A stretch of 63,576 bases of DNA, filler included, from Octopus bimaculoides (GCF_001194135.2; 4 parts of 3 records of this genome joined end to end with filler, not necessarily neighbours in it); one strand, 5' to 3'; counted from the first letter of the whole stretch, positions 11,992 through 25,551 are shown. The notes: generated by a model not told the origin, from the letters alone. Numbers and translations are program-made.

Positions 11992-12270
11992 TTTTACTTG
12001 TTTCAGTCATTAGACTGTGGCCACACTGGGGCACCACCTTGAAGAACCTGTAAGTTAGAAGGATATAAACAGACCAAAACCAGTTGTCACAGATACAAAG
12101 ACACACACACACACATACATGATGGGCTTCTTTCAGTTTCCATTTGCCAAATCCATTCAGAAGGTTTTGGTCAGCCCAATGCTATAGTAGAAGACACTTG
12201 CCCATGGTACCATGCAGTGAGACTGAACCTGGAACCATTTGGTTGTGAACCAAGCTTCTTACCACACAAT
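11990..12270 (-). mobile_element. SINE family A, internally deleted
   Basis: Tail at 11990-12050 and head at 12120-12270. Confidence 0.8.
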
Positions 12271-12496
12271 CATGTCCAATGCATAGATGAAGACTTGCAT
12301 TTATAGACAATGGAAAATCAGTTACTCAATAACTCACGTATATTTTATTTGTGTTAAATGGATCTTGAGTTATAACTTTGACTTTCATGTTTCTGATTAT
12401 TGGGTTTGCCAATTATTGAATTATATAGGGAAAAATAACAAAAGAGAAAGAGAACAACGTAAATAAAATACACTGCGCTTACATTGTAAGGCTTAC

Positions 12497-12568
12497 AGAA
12501 CAGCTAAGTCGGTCAGTATTCTTGTGTGTGCAGCATACCCAGTGTATTGAAATGCCAGCATTGAAAAA
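12497..12568 (-). CDS. Candidate internal exon, unknown product
   Basis: Acceptor attatttcattacag, donor GTAAGC, 72 nt, two open frames (FSMLAFQYTGYAAHTRILTDLAV or FFNAGISIHWVCCTHKNTDRLSCS). Confidence 0.35.
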
Positions 12569-12719
12569 CTGTAATGAAATAATGATGATATATGTATGTA
12601 TGTACAAATGTAGTTATGTATCTATGTAGCTATGCGTGTGTGTATATATGTATGTATGTGTTCTTGAATGTGTGTGTGCGTATATATGTATATATGTATT
12701 TTTTTAAATTTTTTTTTTT

Positions 12720-13190
12720 ATTTATGTGTTTCAGCCAAGTGGCTGCGGTCATTAATTTTTATTCTTTTATATATTTTAGAAGAAATCAACCCCAGGACTT
12801 ATTCTTTGTAAGCCTAGTACTTATTCTATCAGTCTGTTTTGCCGAACCGCTAAGTTACGGGGGCGTAAACACACTAGCATTGGTTGTCAAGTGATGTTGG
12901 GGGGGACAAACACAGACACACAAACACATACACACAGACACACACACACACAAACACATACACACAGACACACACACACACACACACATACATATATATA
13001 CATATATACATCGGTTTTCTTTCAGTTTCCGTCTACCAAATCCACTCACAAGGCTTTAGTCGGCCCGAGGCTATAGCAGAAGACACTTGCCCAAGGTGCC
13101 ACACAGTGGGACTGAACCCGGACCATGTGGCTCGTAAACAAGCTACTTACCACACAGCCACTCCTACGCCTGTATATAAATATACATACA
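12720..13190 (-). mobile_element. SINE family A, full length
   Basis: Head, core, internal CA repeat and tail all present. Confidence 0.9.
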
Positions 13191-13195
13191 TACAT

Positions 13196-13229
<34 letters not shown>

Positions 13230-13236
<7 letters not shown>

Positions 13237-13400
13237 GGGATTCTTTCAGTTTCCATCTACCAAATTCACTCACTAGTCTTTGGCCACCCCAAGGCTGGCT
13301 ACAATAGAAGACACTTGCTGAAGATGCCATTCAATGGGACTGATCCCAGAACCATGTGGTTGGGAAGCAAGCTTCTTGCCACACATCTATACCTGCACCT
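13230..13400 (-). mobile_element. SINE family A head
   Basis: Homology to other heads in the window. Confidence 0.75.
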
Positions 13401-13436
13401 ATGTATTATGTATAAACATATGTGTGTGTGTGTGTG

Positions 13437-13468
<32 letters not shown>

Positions 13469-14059
13469 TTGTATGTACTTATGAATGTGTGTAGTTGTGT
13501 ATGTATGCATTTATATGTATATAGCCATGTATGGATGTGTGTATCTGTATGTATTTTGTATATATATATATATGTCTGTGTGTACATATGTATGTGTGTT
13601 TGTCTAATCAATTGGTTGTGTTTGCTGTGTGTGTTTATGGCAATGAGTTGACAAAACCTTCCTCATGGTCAGCAACTTTAAAGATTAAGTGACAGACCAG
13701 CTGTCCTGTAGTTTTACAACTGACCAAATCAATATATTGATGAGAGTGATGTCCTGGTTTTAATCACAGTGAGGTGTGATATGAGGGAGATTTAGCTGCT
13801 ATTTCTTGCTGAAGCATCAACTGTGAAGAGCCTCTCTGTATATTTTTAGTAAACTTTGTCTAAAACAAAAAGAAACAAAACTGTTTGGTCATGAATGGAT
13901 TGCATTTTGTTCATAAGCAGTCTCAATTGAGGCTGGCCTTGGGTTAAATAACAATTGTCACCAAAGCAACTGTATTAGTTTCAACAATGAACTTTGAGCT
14001 GTTTGACCATTTGAATTCCTTTTCATGAAATTTATGTATGAGTGGCTGAGTATACTTCA

Positions 14060-14084
14060 GAAACATGTACATCATCATCTTCAG

Positions 14085-14120
<36 letters not shown>

Positions 14121-14410
14121 CTTTGTTGTCGTCGTCATCATCATCATCATCATCGTCGTCATCATCATCATCATCGTTGTCATCATCATCATCATCGTCG
14201 TCATCATTTTAACATCCACTTTGTCATGCTTGCATGGGTTGGAGAAAACTGTGGGAGGCAGATTTTCTCTGGTCAGATTCTCTCCCTGTTTCTAACCCTC
14301 ACCCATTTCCAATTAAGGTAAGATTTCCTTTGAATATGAACAATTCAGTGGCCAGACATGTTTTTGCAGAAGACATCATTGCCCCCTCACTATTCAATGG
14401 TGCACCCTCA
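14060..14410 (-). mobile_element. SINE family D 3' part with long (GAT)n tail
   Basis: TTTAACATCCACTTTGTCATGCTTGCATGGGTTGG matches 61685-61720; (CAT)n array at 14060-14205. Confidence 0.7.
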
Positions 14411-14864
14411 GATTTAAAAAATGCAGTTAATAAAAATCTTCTCGCTCCTTGTCTTAAAAATGTATCAGCACATTGGACCATAAAGATCAGTTGCTTATAG
14501 CTGCAGCTGTAGGTCAACCCAATGGACAGCTGAGGGGTTCAGCAGTTTACTTTGCAATGATGAAGTCCTGGTCTGATCGCACTTTCATGGTACCTTGGGC
14601 AAGAATCATTACTATAGCTCTGGGTCAATGGATGCTTTGTCAATGAATCTGGGCACAAGCTCAGAAACAGGGAGTGAGAAGGATGCAAGGGCACCTCCTA
14701 AAATTTTGTGGGAACATTAAAAGCACTTTGAGCATCCCCCTGAAAAACTTCTTCGCCAAAACAAATGAGCATAGAGACATTTTTGAACTGATTTGAAGCA
14801 TTACTTTCTCATTTTGGGATTTACCTTATTTGATCAAAGTACAAATTATTATTATACCTGTGGT

Positions 14865-15085
14865 TAAGACAGCAAACTGGCAGAACTGTTAGCACTATGG
14901 GCAAAATGCTTAGTGGTATTTCATCTATCACTATGTTTGGAGTTCAAATTCTGCCGAGGGCAACTTTGCCTTTCATCCTTTCAGGGTCGATAAAATAAAT
15001 ACCAGTTGAACACTGGGGTCAATCTAATTGACCATGCCCCTCCCCCAATTTCCTGGCTTTGTGCCTGTATTAGAAAGGATTATAT
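14865..15085 (+). mobile_element. SINE family C
   Basis: CTGGCAGAA..GTTAGCAC...GAGTTCAAATTCTGCCGAGG..ACTTTGCCTTTCATCC; homologues at 29910-30125, 17365-17470 and 60700-60860. Confidence 0.8.
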
Positions 15086-18000
15086 CTGTGTTTGTTTTGA
15101 TGTTAAGATCGTAAAAATCAACTTCATAAAAATGTTCTGGGCCTCGGTTTGCACCCACTGGGCAAATTTCATTCTCACACTTATGAATCTGGAGAAACAG
15201 AAGCTATTTTGTAGTGCAAACTGCACTAATCATTAAAGATGTAAATTTGTTATGTCTTGTGTCAGGCAGGGAATTATCTTAAAGGTACAACTGTCCAAGG
15301 AGTACTCAACCACTAATGATTAATTTAACATGTCAGCTGATTGAACAGCTGAATGCTTATCCATTAATATTTATAAATTATATGAAATTGTTGACTCTCT
15401 AAAGTAAGGTGTGTATAAATTAATTAATGTTTATTGATGTTCCCAGTTAATCAATCTTTGAAGGGAATGTTAAAATGCTCCCAGCCCACTCTGTAAGGCA
15501 TATGCAACACCAAAGGTGGTTGTTTTGTGTGTGTTGGGTGCATGCAAATGGAGACAATCTGTCCAACCCAGCAAATTGCTTATTCAAGGCTGACCCAGGG
15601 TTAAACAATGTTAACTCTAGATATGAGAAAGAGGGAGGAAGGGAGAGGGCAGGGTAGGGTGAGTTGATTTGTAAATGTGATTAAGACAAAAAGGGAGTGG
15701 CAAGAAGACAATGAAAAATCAGGTCAAGAAGATTTCATTACTAGAATATAGATAAAACAGTGGTGAGGATTTGGGAGCAGTATTTCCTGCTAATTTTTCT
15801 GTTGTCAGTCTGTACAGCTATCTTATGTTGAGTGAAATATGTTTCCTGTCACATGGGACATGCACACAGAATTTTTAAATCTCTTATGTGTCTGTCATTA
15901 GACTGCGGCCATGCTGGGGCACTGCTTTGAAGAATTTTACTTCAATCTATTGATCCCAGTACTTTGAAATCATTATTAATTACTGCATTACTTCTGACAC
16001 TTAACCTTTTGTACCGGATGAACTTCTTGTGTATGTGCCGGCACATGTTTGCACAGCTTAGAGAGAACATTATCTAGGAAGAGTGCAGATGCAGACGTGA
16101 GAGGAAGGAGTAGGGGGAGAAGTTGTGGGGTTAACAAGTTCATTTTGCAACCATGGTTTTTGAGCAAAGTCCCTTGTGATATTTGTTTAACAGTGAGTTA
16201 CAGACACTCCCTTGTCACTGTTACGATCAGAAGTAGTGAATGAAGGATTAATCCATTTGGAAACATATAACTGACAATACTGTTGTTGTTAACCTATTGT
16301 GATATGAAATAATATAAATATTTATATATGTAAAGTGTAGCTGGATCAGTCATAGTAACCAAGGCAACAGGCTGGTCAGGTACTTATTTCTGTTTTTATA
16401 ATTGTAAAGACTGACCTGTTTGGGTCAAGAATAAAGAGATTAATGTCAGTTCTTGTTACTTTAGCCCCTGGTCAGCTCTGACCCAGTAGACCTATAATCA
16501 AACGCTTTACAGCTATGAACCTGCTCCCAATTCCTTAATTTCTATTCTTATTTCAGATCTAGTATGTTAAATCTGTTATCCATTATGTTCCTTTTTTTTT
16601 TTTTTTTTACAATGGTAGGGTGAAATGAGGGGGATTTGCCTGTTATTTCTCACAGGCTGAGAGGTTACATTGACTCCTGCTTGAGTTGTTAATACCATGA
16701 GTGAAAAGATGTGAACTTATTGTTGCTGTGTAACCCCAGGTCAGTCCTGATTTAGCTGGTCTATTATCAAAGACACTCCAGCAGTGACTATCCCATTTAT
16801 CATTTAGACACAGTATATCGAGGACAGCATAATGTATCATGTTCTTTCTGAAGTCACTGAGGCATGATTTGAGGGAGATTTTTCTGCAGTTTCTAGTATT
16901 CATTGATGGCAGAGAAAGAGATAGAGAAAGAGAGAGCTGGAGGGAAAGAGATTTATAGAAAAAGAAAGGTAAGAGAGAGTGAGAGAGAGAGACAGACAGA
17001 CAGAAGGAGAAATAATAATAACAGAGTGAGTGAGAGAGAAAGGTAGAGAGAAACTAAGAGGAAGTACATTAAGATGGGGGTGACAGAGAAAGAAAGTGAG
17101 AGATATAGAGGAGATGAAGTTAGATAAAAAGAGAGAGAGAGGGAGGGAAAAAGAGAGAGACATTATTCAGGAAGAAATAGAGGTGGTGAGAAAGAGAGAC
17201 AGAAAGAGAGGGGAGGAGTGAAATTATATAGGTAGATATATACTGAGAGTATGAGAGCGAAAGAAAAAGAGAGAGAGAAAATTAAAGAAGATGAAAGTAG
17301 TGAGTGTATTTACATAGCTTCCATTGCTGTCACAACCTCACCATCGTCCAACACCACTACTTGTTGTCGAACACATTCATTTTATTAACCCAGGAACAAT
17401 GAAAGGTTAAGATAGACTGGGTGGGATTTGAACTCATTGTAAACTAGCATCAAAATATTTAGTCCAAAACTTAACCACTTCACTATCTAGAGTCTACTTT
17501 TTTGTTGTTTTATTTTTATTTATTCCCCCCATCCCACCACCTCCACTGCCGCCAACCTCCTCTTTTTTCTCCTATTTGTTTTTAATTTCTTTTAATCAAC
17601 ATTGTCATTCTTGTGATCAATATTGCAATCATCATCTTCACCACTATTATCATTGTCATCTACACCATCATTACCAGCATCGCCATCATTGTTATCATAA
17701 CCACCACCACCATTATCACCATCATCACCAGCCTGCAATATTTTTTCACACTATAATTCCCTGTGTCTCACTATCACAAAGAACAATTTCTCATCTTCTG
17801 CCTCGGTTACTCCTTACCCTCAGGCATGAATAGCATTGCTCACATTCACATAACTGCACTCTTTTACATCATATTCCACCCTCCCACCTTCCACTGCACT
17901 CTACCACTACACACCACACTTCTACATTTCATCTCAAAGGCCAACTACATTAATCTTGTACCTCTATACATCCACAAAGACTGAACAAACCACACATATA

Positions 18001-18899
18001 AATTGACAAGTATATCCACTTACTTCACATGCACACACATACATGGGCACACTGATATACACACCATCTCACCTTACACCAATAAACACACCTTCAACCC
18101 AGTACGCTATACCATATACGTCGCTCACAGTTACTCCTCATATACCATATTCTAATCCAATACATTTGTACTACCACATAAACTTGTTACAGCACACACA
18201 CACACACACACACACATGTGCAAGCACTTGAAAGCATAACTCCACCTCTCTCTCTATATAGATATCTCTCTCTTTCTCCCTCTATATATGTGTGTATATA
18301 TATATGTATATATATATATATATATACATATATATATCATCATCATCATCATCATGGTTTGATGGGTTTTCACATGCCACATTAAGCGTTCATACACACA
18401 CACACACATAGTAATGTTCTTGAGTCCCCCCCACCTATTCTTCTTCTTACTTTCTCTCCTTGTTCTCTTCATTTCTCTGACATTTTACTTTACCCCTCTC
18501 TTTATCATATTCTTTCCCTCTCCACCACATTCTTACTATTATCCAGTTTATTTTTCCACCTACAGTCTTACTATCTCACTCTCTAACTTATTGTTACACT
18601 AAGCCTGTAATGTAAACAGACATTGTAAATTCAGTATCCTCTTCTTTTCCTTTCATTGCTGTATTTATTTTCATTGTACATACTCCTTGGTGGTTGTTAT
18701 TTTGTTACATACTTATTATCCATGTGTTTCTCCATTGCATATTTTACTTGTCTTCATGTATTATTTATCTCCTCTTCATAGTCTTCCTCATTTCACTTGT
18801 GATATTCATTCATCAACCAATCTATCTGTCTCTTTATCTATATGTGCCTGTCTGCTTGTCTGTTTATCTAAACACATATCTCCTTACCTCTCTAGCTAG

Positions 18900-18998
18900 C
18901 TGTCCATCTGTTTGACTGTCAATATCTGCTTTTCTATTTGTCTCCATTTTTGTATCTGTCCATCCACATATCTAAATATCTGTCTATCTATCTATCTA

Positions 18999-19039
<41 letters not shown>

Positions 19040-19431
19040 CTATCTTCCTATGTGTTTGTCTGTCAATCTGTCTGCATATCTATTAACTTATTTAGCAAGC
19101 GACCTGCTTGTCTGTCTNNNNNNNNNNTGTCTGTATATCTATCGATCTATCTGTCTGTATGTCTGTCCACCCATCCATCCAGCCATCTATCTGTATGTCT
19201 GTCCATCTGTCTATCAACTATGTGTTTGTCTCTTTGTCTGCATATCTATTAACCTATCTTGCAAGCTAGCTGCTTGAATGTCCACATATTTATCTCAATT
19301 TGTGTTTTTCCAGATATCTATCTATCTATCTATCNNNNNNNNNNATCTATCTATCTATCTATCTGTCTGTTTGACTCTCTCTGTCTGTCTCTCTCTCTGT
19401 CTGTCTGACTATCTATCTGTTTATCTATATA

Positions 19432-19466
<35 letters not shown>

Positions 19467-19480
19467 ATCTATCTATGACT
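18900..19480. repeat. CTAT/CTGT microsatellite field
   Basis: Visible tandem tetranucleotides. Confidence 0.9.
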
Positions 19481-20384
19481 TTTTCTACCTTCCTTCAATC
19501 CTTCCTCCCTTCTTTCCTCTCTAGCCTTGTCAATCTATCCATGTATCTATTTACCTATCTAGCTAGCTGCCAATTCCACCTCTCCCTCCCCCCCTCTCTC
19601 TCTCTCAAGCTGTCTGCCTATCTTTCACTCTCCTGGTTTCCATTCAAATATTTGTTATATTAATACGTGCAAACTCAGACGTGGGCAATTGCTGTTGACA
19701 AAATATTTACCGTGGTCACTGACCTAGTGACCCTGCCTCCACATCTCTAATGGACACTAACCTCTAATCCTACCCATTCTGATATTCCCCGACTCCACCT
19801 TCTTGCTCATGTCCTCTCCCCACCTCCTTCACAATCCTCTTACTAATTCTCTTCTTTTCCTTCTTCACCCATCTCTCTCTCTCTCTCTAACCATTTTCTC
19901 AATCCTCACGTATGAACAACTAATTCTTTACCAATTTCAGTCATTCTTCACTTTTTTCCATTCTTCCATCGATTAAAGACAAAAAAAGAAAAGTAAGAAA
20001 CCTATATTCTTCTCCCCAAAGCGAAACTTTCTAACATCAAAACCTCTTCTCTCAAACACACAACAACTTCAAGAAATTTGTATTTTGTTCATACCCATCA
20101 TGTATGTTGCAGCAGAATGATGCTGATCCCCCTGGATTCTGTTTTTCTTTAGCTGTCTATCTATGTGTGTGTGAATGTGTACGTATATGTATATATTTGC
20201 ATATGTCTATGTATATATTTGCATTCTGATATGCCTCCCCACCTTCTTGCTCATCTCACCTCCATCATAACCCTCTTACTAGTTCTCTTCCTCTCCGTAT
20301 TCACCCATCTCTTGTTCTCACTCTCTGTTCAATTATCCTCTCAATTCTCACATATGAACAACAACTAACTGTTGTGGCTGTGTG

Positions 20385-20780
20385 GTAAGTAGCTTGCCCA
20401 CCAACCACATGGTTCTGGGTTCAGTCCCACTGTGTGGAACCATGGGCAAGTGTCTTCTACTATAGCCTCTAGCTGACCAAAGCCTTGTGAGTGGAGTTGG
20501 TAGACGAAAACTGAAAGAATCCCATCGTATATATGTGTGTGTGTGTGTGTGTGTGAGTGTATGTTTGTGTGTCTGTGTTTGTCTTCCCCTGCATTGCTTG
20601 ACAACTGATGCTGGTGTGCTTACGTCCCCGTAACTTAGGAGTTCGGCAAAAGAGACCAATAGAATAAGTACTAGGTTTACAAAGAATAAGTGCTGGGGGT
20701 CGATTTTTTGACTAAAGGCGGTGCTCCAGCATGGTCGCAGTCAAATGACTGAAACAAATAAAAGAATAAAAGAAAAAAGA
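20385..20780 (+). mobile_element. SINE family A, full length
   Basis: Head to AAAAGAAT tail. Confidence 0.9.
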
Positions 20781-20864
20781 ATGTATATATTTGCATATGT
20801 CTATAGATGTGTATGAAAGTGTTTGTGTCTGAATGTATGGATGTATGTGTGTGTGTGTGTGTCT

Positions 20865-21095
20865 TTTATCGTTTATGTTTCACTTGTTTTTGTCATTTAG
20901 ACTGGTCATGCTGGAGCACTGTTTTGACGAAATTTTTAGCCAAATGAATCGACCCCGGGACTTGCTTTTTTTTTTGAAACCTAGTACTCATTCTATCAGC
21001 CTCTTTTGCTGAACCTCTAAGTTACGGGGACATAAACATACCAGCACCATTTGTGGTGGTACGTTTATATGGTGGTGGGAGACAAACACAGACAT
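20865..21095 (-). mobile_element. SINE family A, 3' half
   Basis: Inverted relative to 20560-20780. Confidence 0.8.
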
Positions 21096-21204
21096 GGATG
21101 TATACATACATACATTTATATATATATATATATATAACACACACACTTACACATGCACATAACACACACATACACATGCACATAACACACACACACACAC
21201 ACAC

Positions 21205-21339
21205 ACACATGGCTGTGTGGTAAGAAACCTGCTTCCCAACCACATGGTTCTGAGTTATGTCCTATTGCATGGCACCTTGGGCAAGTGTCTTCTACTATAG
21301 CCTCAGGCCGACCAAAGCTTTGTGAGTGGATTTGGTTGA

Positions 21340-21405
<66 letters not shown>

Positions 21406-21615
21406 GTATTTGTGTGTCTATGTTTGTCCCCACTGCCTTTGCTTCTCGACCGATGTTGGTGTGTTTATGTCTCCGTAACTTAGCAGTTCAGCAGAAGAGA
21501 CCAATAGAATAAGTATTAGGCTTTGAAAGAATAAGTCCTGGGGTTGATTTGTTCAACGAAAAATGGTGCTCTAGCATGGCCACAATAAAATAGCTGAAAT
21601 AAATAAAAGAAAGGA
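21205..21615 (+). mobile_element. SINE family A, full length
   Basis: Internal (TA)n; head and tail present. Confidence 0.9.
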
Positions 21616-22575
21616 ATATATATATATANNNNNNNNNNNNNNNNNNNNNNNNNNNNNNNNNNNNNNNNNNNNNNNNNNNNNNNNNNNNNNNNNNNNNNNN
21701 NNNNNNNNNNNNNNNNNNNNNNNNNNNNNNNNNNNNNNNNNNNNNNNNNNNNNNNNNNNNNNNNNNNNNNNNNNNNNNNNNNNNNNNNNNNNNNNNNNNN
21801 NNNNNNNNNNNNNNNNNNNNNNNNNNNNNNNNNNNNNNNNNNNNNNNNNNNNNNNNNNNNNNNNNNNNNNNNNNNNNNNNNNNNNNNNNNNNNNNNNNNN
21901 NNNNNNNNNNNNNNNNNNNNNNNNNNNNNNNNNNNNNNNNNNNNNNNNNNNNNNNNNNNNNNNNNNNNNNNNNNNNNNNNNNNNNNNNNNNNNNNNNNNN
22001 NNNNNNNNNNNNNNNNNNNNNNNNNNNNNNNNNNNNNNNNNNNNNNNNNNNNNNNNNNNNNNNNNNNNNNNNNNNNNNNNNNNNNNNNNNNNNNNNNNNN
22101 NNNNNNNNNNNNNNNNNNNNNNNNNNNNNNNNNNNNNNNNNNNNNNNNNNNNNNNNNNNNNNNNNNNNNNNNNNNNNNNNNNNNNNNNNNNNNNNNNNNN
22201 NNNNNNNNNNNNNNNNNNNNNNNNNNNNNNNNNNNNNNNNNNNNNNNNNNNNNNNNNNNNNNNNNNNNNNNNNNNNNNNNNNNNNNNNNNNNNNNNNNNN
22301 NNNNNNNNNNNNNNNNNNNNNNNNNNNNNNNNNNNNNNNNNNNNNNNNNNNNNNNNNNNNNNNNNNNNNNNNNNNNNNNNNNNNNNNNNNNNNNNNNNNN
22401 NNNNNNNNNNNNNNNNNNNNNNNNNNNNNNNNNNNNNNNNNNNNNNNNNNNNNNNNNNNNNNNNNNNNNNNNNNNNNNNNNNNNNNNNNNNNNNNNNNNN
22501 NNNNNNNNNNNNNNNNNNNNNNNNNNNNNNNNNNNNNNNNNNNNNNNNNNNNNNNNNNNNNNNNNNNNNNNNNNN

Positions 22576-22634
<59 letters not shown>

Positions 22635-22821
22635 TATACATATATATATATTTACATATCATGTGATCATGTGATTGACCATACTATTAGATGTTGTTAT
22701 ACATCACTGGTTACAATGCGCTTTGCCTTGTTTTAGCTCTCAAATGATGCAATCTTGGGTGCAACACCCTAACGACTACACATAAATATTCATGTGCAAA
22801 TATATTATTCATTTATATACA

Positions 22822-23190
22822 TAGGCGCAGGAGTGGCTGTGTGGTAAGTAGCTTGCTTACCAACCACATGGTTCCGGGTTCAGTCCCACTGCGTGGCACC
22901 TTGGGCAAGTGTCTTCTACTATAGCCTCGGGCCAACCAAAGCCTTGTGAGTGGATTTGGTGGACGGAAACTGAAAGAAGCCTGTCGTATATATGTATGTG
23001 TGTGTGTGTATGTGTGTCTGTGTTTGTCCCTCCAACATCGCTTGACAACTGGTGTTGGTGTGTTTACATTCCCATAACTTAGTGGTTCGGCAAAAGAGGC
23101 CGATAGAATAAGTCCTGGGATCAATTACTTCGACTAATGGCGATGCTCCAGCATGGCCACTGTCAAAATGACTGAAACAAGTAAAAGAAT
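22822..23190 (+). mobile_element. SINE family A, young copy
   Basis: Head AGGCGCAGGAGTGGCTGTGTGGTAAG...GGTTCAGTCCC with CpGs retained. Confidence 0.9.
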
Positions 23191-23254
23191 ATATTTAATT
23201 AAACATACGCATATATGCACAAACATGCTCACATAAATATGTTTTTGTATGCAA

Positions 23255-23287
<33 letters not shown>

Positions 23288-23666
23288 CGTGCATGCATGT
23301 GTGTTGGAGACTCTGTTTTATATTCAGTTACTTTCTGCCAATAATAATTAAAATTCAACTGTAGAATAATATTTAATCTATTTATTTTGTAGTAACGAAG
23401 GCAATCAAAATCATTAATTTGCAGTCACATATGTTTGTATTTCAATGTAAATCTCTTCATCTTCAGCAGAGTGTTCAATTTCAAATTAATTAGGTTAGTA
23501 AATAATTTCAATCTAAGAAAGGTAACAAGAAGGAGAATAGTTATAAGAGTTACAGCAGTAACACTTTTCCATATTGGAAATGTAACGATTAAGGAGAATG
23601 GTAATGCATGTTCTTACAGTCTTTTAGTTCCTCTCTTTTTTTAAAAAAATTTAAAGATATTTCTGT

Positions 23667-23762
23667 TTATATTTGAATTTCAGAAGGAAGAAGGAATTCT
23701 ATCAAAGCCCACGGCGCACAAAACAAATGAATCTCTTCAACATCTTCATCATCTTTCTCCCT
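23667..23762 (-). CDS. Candidate terminal exon of the minus-strand gene
   Basis: acgacag|REKDDEDVEEIHLFCAPWALIEFLLPSEIQI*; phase 0 fits the 28658 donor; AATAAA on the minus strand at 23381-23386. Confidence 0.45.
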   Translation of the reverse strand, partial: REKDDEDVEEIHLFCAPWALIEFLLPSEIQI

Positions 23763-23864
23763 CTGTCGTGTGCATGTGTATTAAAGACTGCATACATTCA
23801 CTAACTTTCTCTTTATCATTACTATTCTAATCTGAAAAACTGTTTCCATCTGGATTCTTTTAAT

Positions 23865-23928
<64 letters not shown>

Positions 23929-23965
23929 NNNNNNNNNNNNNNNNNNNNNNNNNNNNNNNNNNNNN

Positions 23966-24008
<43 letters not shown>

Positions 24009-24073
24009 TCTATCTCTCTCTCTCTCATTTTTGGCTGTGGGAAATGGTATCTATTTATATGGCATCTCATTAA

Positions 24074-24290
24074 ACCCTTTAAACTGGCTATATCTGGCCT
24101 CAAATATTCTACTTGTCCTATGTTCAAACCAGTTGGATCTAGACTCTCACATCTATTCTGTTATGTCATTCTAAAAATAAACACTCATATCATTGAAATC
24201 TTGAAGCTATGAGAGAATGCATGATCAATTCAAAGTAACTTGTATAAATGACCATCACTTTTGGCTGAATAATCTGAATATTAAGGGTTT
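24074..24290. mobile_element. piggyBac-like MITE
   Basis: TTAAACCCTTT...TAAGGGTTTA ends; body homologous to 61470-62293. Confidence 0.6.
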
Positions 24291-24439
24291 ATATCCCCCA
24301 ATCTAGCAATCCTGTCTTGATGAAATTCAAGTAACATCAAACTAGACATAGGAGATTTGGACTGTGATGAATCGTCCAATCTATGCTAGCAAGGAATGTG
24401 AACATAAATTGACAACAACGATGTTTACAATGATGATGA

Positions 24440-24705
24440 CAACAATGACAATGATATATAGGTGATGAAACCCTCTCTGGTGCTGATGCCCTGAGTAGAT
24501 GCATCCAGTACACTCCATTGAGTGGTTGGTCTTAGGAAGAACATCCAGCTGTAAAAACTAGACCAAAATTGAAATGTATGAGAGAGATGTGGTTGCATGA
24601 CCAGTCTAAGATGACTGTCACTTTGAATAAGAACTGATTTGGACCATAATGACCTGTCCCTTCCATGCCATCATTGAAAATGGATGTAAAATAACGGTGA
24701 TGATA
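24440..24705 (+). mobile_element. SINE family D, old copy
   Basis: GAGTGGTTGGTCTTAGGAAGAACATCCAGCTGTAAAAAC...CCATGCCATCATTGAAAATGGATGTAAAA. Confidence 0.6.
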
Positions 24706-25513
24706 TCTAACAATATTGTGTCAAGGTAATAAAACATCAACAGGTTGTACAATGTTGTTTTGGATAAAGATGGAGTAAGAAGTAGCTATACCTGAATGTA
24801 AACCTATGTTGAGACTTGTGTAAGGTGTTAATGGCTGGAAAGTGAAATATTGCAATAACAAAATAACACGCTGTCCTAATAGGTCTGTCTCAACAAAGAA
24901 ATTGTCTTGTGTGATGAACTAATGGTGCTTTAGATAATATATATATAGAGTGGGTATATCAAAATGAGGGCCTAAAATATGAAAGACCTGAGGAATTGTG
25001 TAAGGCATGTTAATGGCAGTATACAGGGCTTTGATTAGAGACAGTATGTTGTTTTTTTATAGCTAGGTCCCCTTTTCCCTTGCTGGCTGGGTTTCAGTTA
25101 AGAAGGTTTTGGAGCAGTGATTTGTGATTAGAAGGAAACAGAAAATGCTTCATCATGGAATATGGCAGACACATGTCAGGAAAAGGCCAACAACTGAGAG
25201 TTAACGAATTATCAGTGAGTAATCAGCACATGATTGGGAGAATAGCTACTATCAGTTTGGTGGCTGACTGGGTAACAGAGGAAGAAAATATGCTGTAATG
25301 TGGACCTGAAGTAGCTGGACATACACTTTGTGTATATATGAAACAAAATAGTTTCACAAGTAAGGCTGCATTTAAAGATGTGTTTTATTCTAAACTTTGA
25401 TACTTATGAGAACATAATACACAACCATATACTATAAAAGAGAAACGGATCTCCATCTGTCCATAACAACGTCTGTGTCAAGAGAGGGAGGATGAGGAGG
25501 AGAAAATTTTGTT

Positions 25514-25551
<38 letters not shown>

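Noticed and set aside
22822-22900. tRNA-like sequences with A and B boxes
   Set aside because: They are SINE heads without a complete cloverleaf; no tRNA gene was called.
22813-23124. Recurrent ORF family MSSDVGG...IYDRLLSVSVYQIHSQGFGRPEAIVEDTCPRCHAVGLNPEPCGW
   Set aside because: It is the antisense reading of SINE family A, not a gene family.
23684-23812. Plus-strand exon reading (RKKEFYQSPRRTKQMNLF... or GRRNSIKAHGAQNK*)
   Set aside because: Good acceptor, and the CGG CGC codons would explain the retained CpGs, but no supporting plus-strand exon chain was found. The minus reading is preferred, though this is not excluded.
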